A stretch of DNA of 64,000 bases. It comes from Cenococcum geophilum. Taxonomy: Eukaryota. This document shows positions 53,271-64,000 of this stretch, piece after piece. Under the pieces are notes generated by a model that was given only the letters and a program-made list of their open reading frames with translations, was not told the DNA's origin and searched no databases. Each line of letters starts with the position of its first letter. Within the stretch, counting starts at the first letter, position 1. Location of the stretch: positions 17,546,001 to 17,610,000 of the forward strand of contig CP158635.1 of NCBI GenBank assembly GCA_050273025.1. Reading direction: 5' to 3'. The position numbers and the translations under genes were made by a program.

Positions 53271-55198
53271 ATGTCTCCTCGCCCTTAACGAAATTGACGA
53301 AGCCTCCTTCCTCCCTTATTGCGTACGCCTCTGCCTTCATGGAGCTCTTACTGGGGTGCCCTGTAACAGTTGCTAAGACGCGAACATAACGCCGTTCGAC
53401 CAGACTTTATATTGGAGGAGTTTAAGGAAATGGAAAACAATCCGGAAGCTATAGATAAGGACGATGAGGAAGACACGGAGGCTTGGCTTAACTACATGCA
53501 GAGTCAGCAGACTTCTCATACGCAGAGCCAATAGGCTTAATTAAGGCCGTATGAGTCACCGTATTCGACACAGGATCCTACCTACTTATAGTTAAATATA
53601 CCAACACTACGATATTAAGCTACAGCCTCTCGGGCAGCTGCTCGAGCTGCTTAAGCTCCTTTAGCTCCTTAGGCTCCTCCACAAAATATAATTAAAGATA
53701 AAGAAGAAATAACTCCGCTACCTTGCCTGCGTATAGAGAGTGAGATTAATAATATAGGAAGAGCTAGCGGCGGCGTATTTATTACTTATAATTATAATAT
53801 ATTAATTTAATATTTAAAGGAGCCGGCATTTACTAAAACTCTTATTAATATAAGCCTTTAATATTATAATCTTTGGCGACTTAAAGTCTTTCCTATTTGC
53901 GAGAGGGAGCTATGTTATTAAGAGCAAGGTATTTACGTTAAGCTCCGGCCAATTAAGGCAAAGGTTAATACTTAGCATATAGGCGTTCGTGACGTTAGGT
54001 TTAATATAGATTCTAAAGTTATAGATTAGTGGTAGAAGATTAATATGCAACTTATTGCGTAGGCTTAATATACTAATAAACGTGGCGAGATTAAGGCTCT
54101 AACCGTTGACCTCTTAATTATATATACTCCAGATGGAAATTAGCTAGCGGCTTCTTGCCCATTAATAATTAATTAACTCTATAATAAGCTTCTAACGCCC
54201 TTATAGAGCTTAATGTAAGGCAGTATTGCCAGGGTGTACGGTAGGGAGCAGGCAAGCCGAGCATGAGTCACATAGGGAGTCGATGGAAGAGGACGATATG
54301 GTAATGAGGGTAGGCAATAGCCTAAGTACAGAGACGAACCGATGGGGGAGGAAGGAGGCTGTAAGCCTGAGGTGCTTATAAGGAGGTGCCAAGGGCTAGC
54401 CGAAGGTTAGCCTTGGCGACCCCTAAGAGCCCCTAGGCGATGCAGCCGAGTAAGGGACCAAAAGTACCCTTACACTTAAAGCTTAATATAATGCCTTATA
54501 TACTTACCGGTGGTATTATAAATTTAATAGGCTTGCGAATTAAGCTTACTAGGTATTAGCGCTGTAAAAAGCACTATCCTAACGCCAATTAGTGTTATAT
54601 ACTTAGTTAGGTAGATATTAAATTAATAGATAAGGACTTATAGGAGTAGGTAACTGGCATTTAGTAAGGTATTGCAAATATTGAGAATCTACCTTATTAG
54701 CTTGCTACTCGGCTTACTAAGAGAGCAGCAATAAGAGGAAAAAGTAGTAGAGGAGTACGCCAATCTGCCTCAAGCGAGAGCTCTACAGTTAATAGCCCAG
54801 GCGTTATTAATTATTTTCACGTTAGCTCTATAGGCTTAATACTAAATTAGCAAATTACTCCTATACCAGTAAGCCGACTGCCCTTATTATCCTTACCTAT
54901 ATTACTAATATACCGCCTATAGGGTATTAACCGCGTAAAGGATCTTAAGGAGTTCTTTAAGTATTAGAGGTAGAGTATAGCTAGCAATCTTAACTAGGAG
55001 GCTAATTTTAAAGCTGCGCATAAAGTTATCTGTAATTTAAGATGGGACCTAGAGCTTCTACGTAATAAATCTAATGGCGCTAATCCTATTAGGGAGCTTA
55101 TTAAGGCTAGTATCAAATTAGGTATCGCAAGAAGGCTATAGAAGGACTTAAAAAAGTGGGCAAATAAGCGTCGTACTTAGCTTAAGGGAAGTTTTTAA
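53271..55198 (+). pseudogene. Second ORF of the Tc1-like element, function unknown, RIP-degenerated and interrupted by a solo LTR
   Basis: Reads MSPRPxRN...DFILEEFKEMENNPEAIDKDDEEDTEAWLNYMQSQQ; ends ...NFKAAHKVICNLRWDLELL...IKLGIARRLxKDLKKWANKRR. Stops in the parts translated are C->T or G->A explainable. Internal exon structure not resolved. Confidence 0.6.
54214..54474. mobile_element. Solo LTR (261 bp), same family as 4240-4497
   Basis: TGTAAGG...CCTTACA termini; TSD CTTAA (54209-54213, 54475-54479). Confidence 0.95.
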
Positions 55199-55398
55199 GA
55201 TATAGATAATTAGCAAAATATAGGGTGTCTCTATCACTGCTAGCGCCCCTATAGTAGTAGAGACGCCCTATATCTAGGCCCTTTAAGATATAGATAATTG
55301 TAATTAGTAAAATATAAGGTGTCTTTATTATTACTGTAAATATTATATACGGTTAAGAACGCCACTAAAGATTAATTGTAACTCTTACCCTAAAAACC

Positions 55399-56434
55399 TT
55401 AACAATCGTACCTACTATATCGGAAATGGCCTCTTACGCTCTTACTCTTGCTACTAACCTTATCTATACTCTAAAGAAGGAACGCTTTAAAGCTATAGCT
55501 AAAGGCCTCTGGGTGCTCTAGCTAAGAATACCACTCCCACTAAATGAAGGCCTTTAGCTCTCTAAAAAACTCTTTAATTAGATTTAGATTAGGTAAGTAC
55601 GGAGGTAAAAATACTAGCTTAACGCCAAAGGCGTTAAAGAGTGACTGTATCCTTTCTAAATAATAGAAGCTGGCGTTATCTATAACTACTACTAATTGCT
55701 TAGCAGGAAAGCGATTACACTATAGTAGAAGAGTATTTGCTATCCAGAACTTAAAGCCTTTACTATTTATCGAGCCTTTATATACTAAAGCTACTAGAAT
55801 ACCGTCAATTGTATATACAGGCAGTATATTAAGCCTCCTCTTACCCCAATTATATGGCGTCCATAAAACTGGTGCAATACTAGAAGGAGCCTAGCCTAAC
55901 TTCCATATGCCTGTCTTTAAATCCGCACCTAACTTATCTATAAATACTAGTTAATTGGCGGTATACTGTGATATAATTATAAAATATATATCGCGATCGT
56001 AAGCGCTACGTTTAAGGGCTACCTGCTAACACTTCTTCGTGTAAGCTATTCTCTAAGCTCTATACTAGAGGATCTAATTAGCTTACCCGCTTCCTTATCC
56101 AGCCCGCCAAATAGAGCTCTCGAAATATTATATAGCGGCTTACTACGACGTTAAATATGTTATAGATTAGCCACTGCAGCTCGTCGCCAAAGAGAGTTGG
56201 CTTCTCCTCTAGCCGCATTAGTATTACCACAATTATTGGATCGCTTAGTAGGAACTGGCCGCCTTCGCCGTTTAAAGGTGCCCGAGTCGAGCTAAAGACT
56301 CGTAGGTTCCTTCTGATGGAGGCAATTGAGCGAATCGTACAACCAGCGGCGGAGGTATACTCTGCTCGAGTTGCTCCAAGTCGAAGAAGATCCTTAATTA
56401 GAGCGTGCTGATATGGGCCCATTCGCGGAGCCAT
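55399..56434 (-). pseudogene. DD34E transposase (Tc1/IS630 DDE_3 type), RIP-degenerated
   Basis: N-terminal HTH region MAPRMGPYQHALIKDLL...IASIRRNLRVF; LVFIDKLG (DESG motif); VIDNASF; FLPPYLPNLNLIKEFF (PPYSPDLNPIE motif). 34 residues lie between the second D and the E position. Confidence 0.9.
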
Positions 56435-57104
56435 AATACGGTAGAGGATAGGTAGAGGATAGGTAGAGGATGGGTAGAAACCTTGCGATATTCGACAACG
56501 ATCACAATACCACAGAAGAAGGTCGATTGTGGACAGCTTCAGGTTCTTACAGCCAAGCATACGGCTTCGCTTCAATTACTATGTACAGTTGGTGGCAATC
56601 AGGCGAAATTGGATGCGCGTACCGAATCTGCAACTCGCTAAGGGGGGGGGGTGAAGCTGGTCGTGCACATCACTGTAGTTGTTTCTTTTTAATGCAGGAT
56701 TTGTAGGATGCTTTTCTTCAGCTCAGCCGAGGAGTAAGCGCTCCTCGGTGGCGTTTTCTCAGCTGTCAGCTTGGCTGGAGTTTATAGGTGGCTTGGTTTA
56801 ACCCTTGCTCTAATCCTGAACGGCTTTACTGTTCTGCGGGAGTAGCCACTAGTCCCAAAAGGAAGGGGGAATATATTTTTGCGCGGTCCTCCGGGCTCCG
56901 GCTTTTTTCCCCCTTGAGAATTTCAAGTTCAACTCTTACAATTAAGCTTAAAAATTAGAGACTTTACCTTTCTTGAAAGTGCACATACCTTGCTTGCGAG
57001 TGCATAGCCTTTTTTATAAGTGCACTTGACTAATTATTAGCGAAATTTGGGGAGAAGGCGGAGCTCTGACAAGCTTTGGGCCTCTTGTGCAGTCCTCTAA
57101 CGGT

Positions 57105-58330
57105 GGTTACAAGTCGGCTAGACCACGCTAAAAGGTCGGCCTACCATAAGCGCTAATGCACAATCCCTGTACGGGGCAGCCCCAGCTCAAAATACAAAGT
57201 CGTATGGTCAACCGAGCCTAAATCGCTTATTCTACCACACAACTTACCTCCTAATTAAAATTAATTATTATAAGTAACTAGTTATAATATATTTAGAACG
57301 TATTTAGAATATATTTAATATATATTCTAATTTAAATAATTTTTTTAGGCCTATAAAATAGTATCTTAGAGTTAAATATAGCTATAAAATTTAATTAAGT
57401 TTCTAATATATTTTAATCTAATTTTAGGTACTTTTTAATTTAGTTTTAAATATATATAATCTAAAGTTCTTTTATTATATTTTTTAACTAAGAATTATTT
57501 AAGCTCTTTAGGTACTAAATAAAAGTTATATTTATTATATTTATTTAAAAAGTATATATAAATAAGTTTATAATATTTAAATATAATATAAACTAGCTAA
57601 ATATATATTCCTAAGCTAATAATATTAGTTCTTTAAATATAAAGGGTAAAAAATAAAATTTTATAAATATCCTTAAAATTTTTAAATTTTTTTAAAAGAT
57701 ATAAAGTCTAATATAAAGTAAGTAAATAGTATAGTTATAAGTCGGCTAAACTATGTTAAAAGGTTAGCCTATTATAAGCGCTAATATATAATCCCTATAT
57801 AGGGTAGCCTTAACTTAAAATATAAAGTTATATAGTTAACTAAGCCTAAATCGCTTATCCTACTATATAACTTACCTCTTAATTAAAATTAATTATTATA
57901 AATAACTAGCTAGAATATGTTTAGAATATGTTTAGAATATGTTTAGAATATATTTAGAATATATTTAGAACATATTTAGAATATATTTAGAACATATTTA
58001 CTATATATTTACTATATATTCTAATTTAAAATACTTCCTTTTAGTAATAATTAAAATTAAAAAATTTAAGCTATAAAATAGTATATTAGAGTTAAATATA
58101 GCTATAAAAGTAAATTAAGTTCCTAATATATTTTAATCTGATTTAAAATATATTCTAATCTAGTTCTAATCTAATTCTAATCTAGTTCTAATCTAGTTCT
58201 AATTTAGTTTTAAATATATTCTAATCTATTTTTAAATATATATAATTTAAAGTTCCTTTTATTATATTTATAATTAAGAATTATTTAAGCTCTTTAGGTA
58301 CTAAATAAAAGTTATATTTATTATATTAAT
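57105..58330. repeat. Tandem duplication (~630-bp period; 57105-57545 vs 57734-58330) with internal 10-bp (TTTAGAATAT) and 11-bp (TTCTAATCTAG) minisatellites
   Basis: gttacaagtcggctagaccacgctaaaaggtcggcc... vs gttataagtcggctaaactatgttaaaaggttagcc...; shared ttaggtactaaataaaagttatatttattatat. Confidence 0.8.
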
Positions 58331-58333
58331 TTT

Positions 58334-58413
58334 GGCCGTTAAAAACGGACTCTGCACCTATATGTGGTGACGGCTACGAACTTAAGTCTTTTAGACTTAG
58401 AGCCAACGCAGAG
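58334..58413 (+). ncRNA. HDV-like ribozyme (predicted), copy 2
   Basis: P1 GGCCGUU/GACGGCU; P2 CUCUGC/GCAGAG; P3 ACC/GGU; L3 UAUAUGU; shorter P4 UAAGUCU-UUU-AGACUUA; J4/2 CCAAC. Confidence 0.75.
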
Positions 58414-59322
58414 ACGTTATACAGCGTGCGATACGACCTAGTGGTAGTGGTTATGAGTATTATGGGCGGTGGTGAAAAGTTTTTACATAGGATAGTGAGA
58501 TCTCGAAAACCACCACTAAGTGCCCCTTATAATAATAGCAACACTATTCTCCTATTAAGGCACCTGTACGATCCAACATAGATGCATGGCACTCAATAGC
58601 ATCCCCCAACCCCCAGTAGAAAGCATCGACGACCTCCTATTGACGAACGAGCTATTGCGAACGGACGAGCAACAAGCAAATATACGGCCCCTCCTAACCC
58701 CTAGGGCGATCGCCCGCGGAGCATACAGTCACTCGCCATCAACTATCGAATACCAGAAAAGACCTAGCAGCTTAAACGACACCGTACGGTTTTCCTGTCT
58801 CCTCTTAAGGAGTGGTAACCCTTGGCGAGGGCCTAGTAACTAGGGCCTAGGCATAAAAGATACCTAGGTATACACGTCCCGCTCGCCTCATAGTATAGTG
58901 TAGTAGTAGTTTATAGATGAATCCCCCTTACGCCTTCGATAGGCCTTAGGGGGGGGAAGGCATGGCGTATATAGCAATGGTTAAACAAGAGATAGCATAT
59001 AGGGGATGGCTAAGATATGGGAAACAGTAGTATAGCAATCAATCAACTAGTAAGGACTGTATGTCCTAGTAAAGAAAGCAGTGGTTCCTAAGGAGTTCGA
59101 ACATCTAAGGAGGATAGGACGTAGCCGTAGGCCCGCAGGGCCGCCGCTATAGACGGACATGGCAAACCGGGGTTTTCTATCCTACTGAGGTGGCTCATAG
59201 GGTTTTTCCTCCCCCAACTGCAGGGTTTTCTTCCTGTAAATTACAAGTTTTCCCCCTGTGATGGAGTAGTCTGCGTAGGCCTAGATAGGATCTATATTAG
59301 ACGTTAATTAAAGATCTACTAC
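58334..59322 (+). mobile_element. Non-autonomous ~1-kb retroposon, copy 2
   Basis: 14-bp TSD TATTATATTAATTT (58319-58332, 59323-59336) with one extra T at 58333; tail ...GACGTTAATTAAAGATCTACTAC; reverse-complement homolog of 9080-10103. Confidence 0.9.
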
Positions 59323-59350
59323 TATTATATTAATTTAATAAGTATAAATA

Positions 59351-62300
59351 TGTAATAAAGCCTTATAGTAGGAACTATAGTAGACTTATTAATAGGCTAG
59401 GTATATAGGTAAATAAGAAGTTAATAATGTAATAATAACTGGTAGAGTGGTTGCCTAATAGATTAACTCTAATTATATTCTAAGATTTACTATAAAGGAG
59501 AGAACTATCTAGGTAGGGACTGTGGTCCTTTAAATACACAACTATACTCCTAAGAAATCCCCTTAGTATATAAGGTACGTATACTCTATCTACTCTATTA
59601 TAGATTCTATAGATTATATAGATTATATAGATTACGTTATATAACCTTAGTTACCATTCCTCGTTATATAGCTCTATTAGCTTTATTCTAAACCGTACTT
59701 ATATTAACTAACTAGCTTCCTCTAACTCCCTTCTAAGTAGTTATAATATTGTACTTAAAGCGTTTATAACACTATCTCCCTCCTCTTTATCTTTATCTTT
59801 AAAGATCCTAAATATCTCTAAGTCGTTTACTAGAGGTATAATGTCCGTCTAATTAATTTAGTTAATATCTTTACTTATTATACCTAAAGCTTCTTCTTCT
59901 TTATCTATAGCTCGTTGGTCTTATACCGTTGCTATAATATTATCTCTTAGTAAGATTATACCGTCTCTATGTTCTTATTATTTAAAAGAGGGGTTGGTTT
60001 ATATTACGTTAGCAAGTCTATCTTTATAATAACCGTTCTCTTACTTAAAGTGCACTAAAGTGAATATTTATTCGTTCTATAACGTTCGCTTTGTCTTTAA
60101 TGCTAAATATACGCGACCTATTACTCTTAATAGTTATCTAGTTCCTTAGCTTATCTATTTTAAGGTCTTATATTTAATCTACTACTACGCGGCTAGATAA
60201 TAAACTATTTATTACCCTAGCGAAGTTACGCTGTTCTTATAATGCTAAATAAAAGGCTACCGATATTTAATAACGGGCTCTTAAATCTCGTCTTACGGCG
60301 TCCGCTTAGTTAATCCGTCTTAAGAAGGTTTGTAAAAAGATCTATTTTAAGGAATAGAAACTTATAGAATAAGATTTATAGAAACTTGGTAATAAAAGAA
60401 TAGATTCTCTTTTATCTAAGAAGGAAATAAATCTAAGTAGTTTAGTAACTGCTCTTCTTAGGTCCCCCTTAGGTAATTTATTTTTTAGCGATTTTTCTTT
60501 ATTAATACTACCTAACCTAATCTCTTCTAATACTCCTGTACCTTTCCTATAGTATTCTTTAAATTCTCTAATAGCTCCTAGGTAGTCTTATTATAGCCTA
60601 TCCACTTAACCTTATACTATATTTTATCGTTAATATCCTTATAACTAATAATCTTTAAAACTTGCTATTTATCTTCTTTCTATCCTCTATATATGTCTAC
60701 TTTATAAACTAGTAGCTTAATATTCCTATATACTGGCTTTAGCATTATAATGTGCTATATAGGGTAGATCTTTATCTTAGCTAGTAGGTTTAACTTAAAT
60801 ATAACTAGTAAAATCCTTTATATAATTTTAAAAGGTCCTAGTCTAACGTAGTCTAACTTTTTACTTAGTCGTTAACTCTTAAAATTTTTATATAGTAGCT
60901 ACACTTTATCTCCCTCCTTAAGATCTGGTCCCTTAGATCTCTTAGTATTATAATACCTTTTTATTCTCTCTTATACTTTCTTTACTAATTCTATAAGGTC
61001 TATATAAAGATTTATTAATATCTCTATTCTTTCTTTAGCTATACTACTTATTTTCTTTACTTATTATAGTAATAATAATATTCTTAGCTTATATCTATAA
61101 TTTGCCTTAAATAGTAATATGCCTATTCCTTCCTATAGTGTTATATTGTATATAAACTATATAACTAGTAATAGCGATACCTAATTATTCTATGCATAAT
61201 TAATATAATATCTTAGATACTATTCTAGCGTTTAATTTAATCTTTTTATTTAACCGTCTGTCTGTGGATAATATACGGTAAAAGTTACTACTTAAACTCC
61301 TTACTCCGCTAAGAATACCTCCTAAAATACTGCTATAAATCTTAGATCTCTATCCGATATAATCTTACTTAGTGCTCCGTGTCTTATAAATACTTCTTTA
61401 ACATAGATTTTAGTAATATCTTCCGCTAAGATTTCTTCTATACATGCTATAAAGTAGCCCTACTTAGTTAACTTATCCACTATTACTAAGATTATATTAT
61501 AATCTTGTCCGGTAATAGGATCTTTTAACTTTAGTAACTTAATAATAAAGTCCTATAATATAACCTCTTATAGTCTCTCTGGTATTTTAATAGGTTATAG
61601 CCCTCCATATAGCTTATACCTCGTTAGTTTATTTCTTTAGTAATTTAGATACTCTTTTATTACTTTTCTTATAATACTCCAGATTCTATTAATAATGTAT
61701 TCTTTCTAAAGTCTTAACACTAAGCCTATTGCTCTATTATGTCCTTAAGTTATTCCCCTATAGAAACCTTCTATAAAATACTCTACTATACTTCTTAGGA
61801 TATACTTCGCTTCTTAATTCTTATATATATCCATCTATAGATCTTCTAGCTATGCTTTTAGAATTTTCTATACCTAAAAGCTTTCTAGTATCTTATAGAC
61901 TTTTCCTAGTTTATTATCCTCTTAAGTTGCTACTAGTTTAGGGTAATTATATCTAATTAATCTATTCTTATCTTTACGTAGCATTACTCCTAACGGGTTT
62001 TCGTTATTTTATAGTTTAGCCTTTCTACTAAGTGCATCTGCTCTTACATTCTTAGTTCCTTTAGTGTACTAAATCTTAAAATAGTATTCTATAAGCATCT
62101 CTGCCCATCTAACCTATTTTTAATTAAGTTCTTTTATTATTAGAAACCCCGTTAGGTTCTTATAATCCGTCTTAACTATAAATAGTTTCTCTATACCTTA
62201 TAAGAATGCTCTCTATTCCTTAAGTGCTGTAACTATACCTAATAACTCCTTATTGTAAACGTTATAGTTTAACTCTAGTAGTGTTATCTTTCTACTATAG

Positions 62301-64000
62301 TATACTACTAGATGCTATACGTCCTTATACTTCTATAGTAAATATACTCCTAGTACATAGTCTAATACGTCCGTTTTTACAACCGTATCTAGTCCTAGTT
62401 AATAGATTTTAAGGATTAGCTCTTAGGTAAATAACTCCTTAAGTTCCTTAAACAACTTCTTTTACTTATCTCCCTATACCTATAGTTCCTCTTTCTTTAT
62501 AAGCCTAGTAAATGGTTTAATATTCTTTAACTACTATGCTATAAACCTTCTATAGTAGTTACAAAACCCTAAAAATAACCTTAACTATATTACGTTCTTT
62601 AGTTTTTGCTAACTTACTATAGCTTTAATCTTCTTTAGGTCTATACTAATATAACCTAGTTTAATAATAAATCTAACGAAATTAGTCTTCCTTGTGAAGA
62701 ACTTGTATTTCTTAATTACTACTAGCATCTATTCTTCTTATAGTCTCTTTAAGACCCATTTAACGTGTTCCCTATATTCTTCCTTAGTTATTAAGTAGAT
62801 AATAATAATATTAAGGTATACTATAACAAACTTATTAAGGTGTTCTCTTAATACACTATTAATTTGTTTCTAAAACGTTACGGGTGTATTTATTAATCCA
62901 AATTGTATAACTAATAGCTTATATAGTCCTTTTCTTAACCTAAAGGCTGCCTTCTATTTATTACCTTCCTTAATTCTAATTTAATGGTATGCCCATCTTA
63001 GATCTATCTTTGTAAAGATTTACGCATTACCTATCCAATCTTAAATTTCGCTAATTAAGGGTAAAGGATATTTATCCTTTTAAGTAATGCTGTTTAACTA
63101 TTTATAGTTAATGCATAACCTAAGCTTTCTATTTTTCTTTAGTATAAATAGTACTAGATATCCTGCTAATAACTATAATGGCCTAATATATCCCTTTTAT
63201 AAGTTCTCCTAAACAAACTCTTTAAGTACGCTTAACTCCTCTTAAGTAAGCTTATAGGTTAGAAAGAACCTTAGACTTATTCCTAGTTCTAACTCTATTT
63301 TATAGTCCTATGCTATATAATCTACTAGCTTCTTACTTTCTAATAACTATAGCTTTTTGCTATACTTGTGGTATCTCTTTAGTATATAACTTAAGCCTTA
63401 CTTAGTCTCTTTATATATCGCTCTAACTTAGTACTATACTAACTTAGTTTACTATCGCATCTTATAGCGTTAAGTATCCCTAATATTAACCTAACCTGTA
63501 ATCTAATTAATCCTTAGATTGTATTCCTATAACTAAGGCATGCCTAATACTGCCTTATCCTGTCCTAATAGTAGGATATTAAAAAACATCTTAATTTGTC
63601 TTCCTTTAATGGTTATCTAAATAGGTCCTATTTTAAGATTAATAATCCCTCCTCCATAGGCTATTAGATCTCCTAAAATTATAACTAATAGGTAAAGTTG
63701 CTCCTTCTGTCTATAAGGTAATCCTATTTTCTTAACTGCTACTAGTAAGATATGGTTTTGCGTTACTCCACTATCTATTAGCGCTTTAAACTACTAATCT
63801 TACTAATTAACTTATGAATTTAGGTGTTGTCCTTAAATTCCTTTAAGGGTCTAAGGCTCTATTACTAGCTCCCTTTGGTTCTATAGGCCTCTACTTTTCC
63901 TAACTATTGGCTACTTAATCCTATTATACTTAGCTCGCTCTTTAGCTAATGCTTAGTTCGCTTTTTATCTTTAATATACTATAAATACGTATTCTCTAGG
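59351..64000 (-). mobile_element. Ty3/Gypsy element C, same family as A and B; 3' LTR plus pol, truncated by the window end
   Basis: LTR at 59351-59771 is the reverse complement of the A/B LTRs; internal sequence is collinear with B from ~47290 back to ~43070. Confidence 0.93.

Larger units (their letters stand above)
53006..56675 (-). mobile_element. Tc1/IS630-type DNA transposon with 112/113-bp TIRs, carrying a second gene
   Basis: TIRs CAGTGATGTGCACGACCAGC... at 53006-53117 and 56563-56675, identical except for one G in the poly-G run; TA TSD on both sides. Confidence 0.95.

Noticed and set aside
56722..56880. Hairpin CCGAGGAG-N6-CTCCTCGG as a Helitron2 or Starship terminus
   Set aside because: The hairpin is real, but there is no second copy, partner end or target duplication in the window.
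59075..59110. tRNA-like A/B boxes (AGCAGTGGTT...GAGTTCGAACATC) suggesting a tRNA-derived SINE
   Set aside because: Located ~750 nt from the 5' end, spacing too short, no cloverleaf.

Overview
Filamentous-ascomycete DNA, AT-rich and heavily mutated in the RIP pattern (pervasive CpA->TpA / TpG->TpA changes, which is why almost no long ORFs survive). It is a nest of transposons around one near-intact host-type gene. In order: a Helitron RepHel relic with a solo LTR inside it; a foldback repeat; a Tad-like LINE fragment; a DUF3435 tyrosine-recombinase (Starship captain-like) pseudogene split by a full Copia element that itself carries a MITE; two full LINEs plus a tail-only stub stacked at one 12-bp target; a HET-domain gene; nested chromoviral Gypsy elements; a two-gene Tc1-like element; and a further Gypsy copy cut by the window end. 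Two features stand out. (1) The 5' part of the HET gene is a tandem array of 70-bp units, each a 67-nt spliceosomal intron plus a 3-nt phase-0 exon, giving 19 single-codon microexons drawn from a small shuffled codon set. (2) Two copies of a ~1-kb non-coding retroposon have 14-15-bp TSDs, a (CTA)n tail, and a 5' end that coincides with the cleavage site of a predicted HDV-like ribozyme. All protein-family calls come from manual translation and motif recognition through RIP mutations; no database searches were run.
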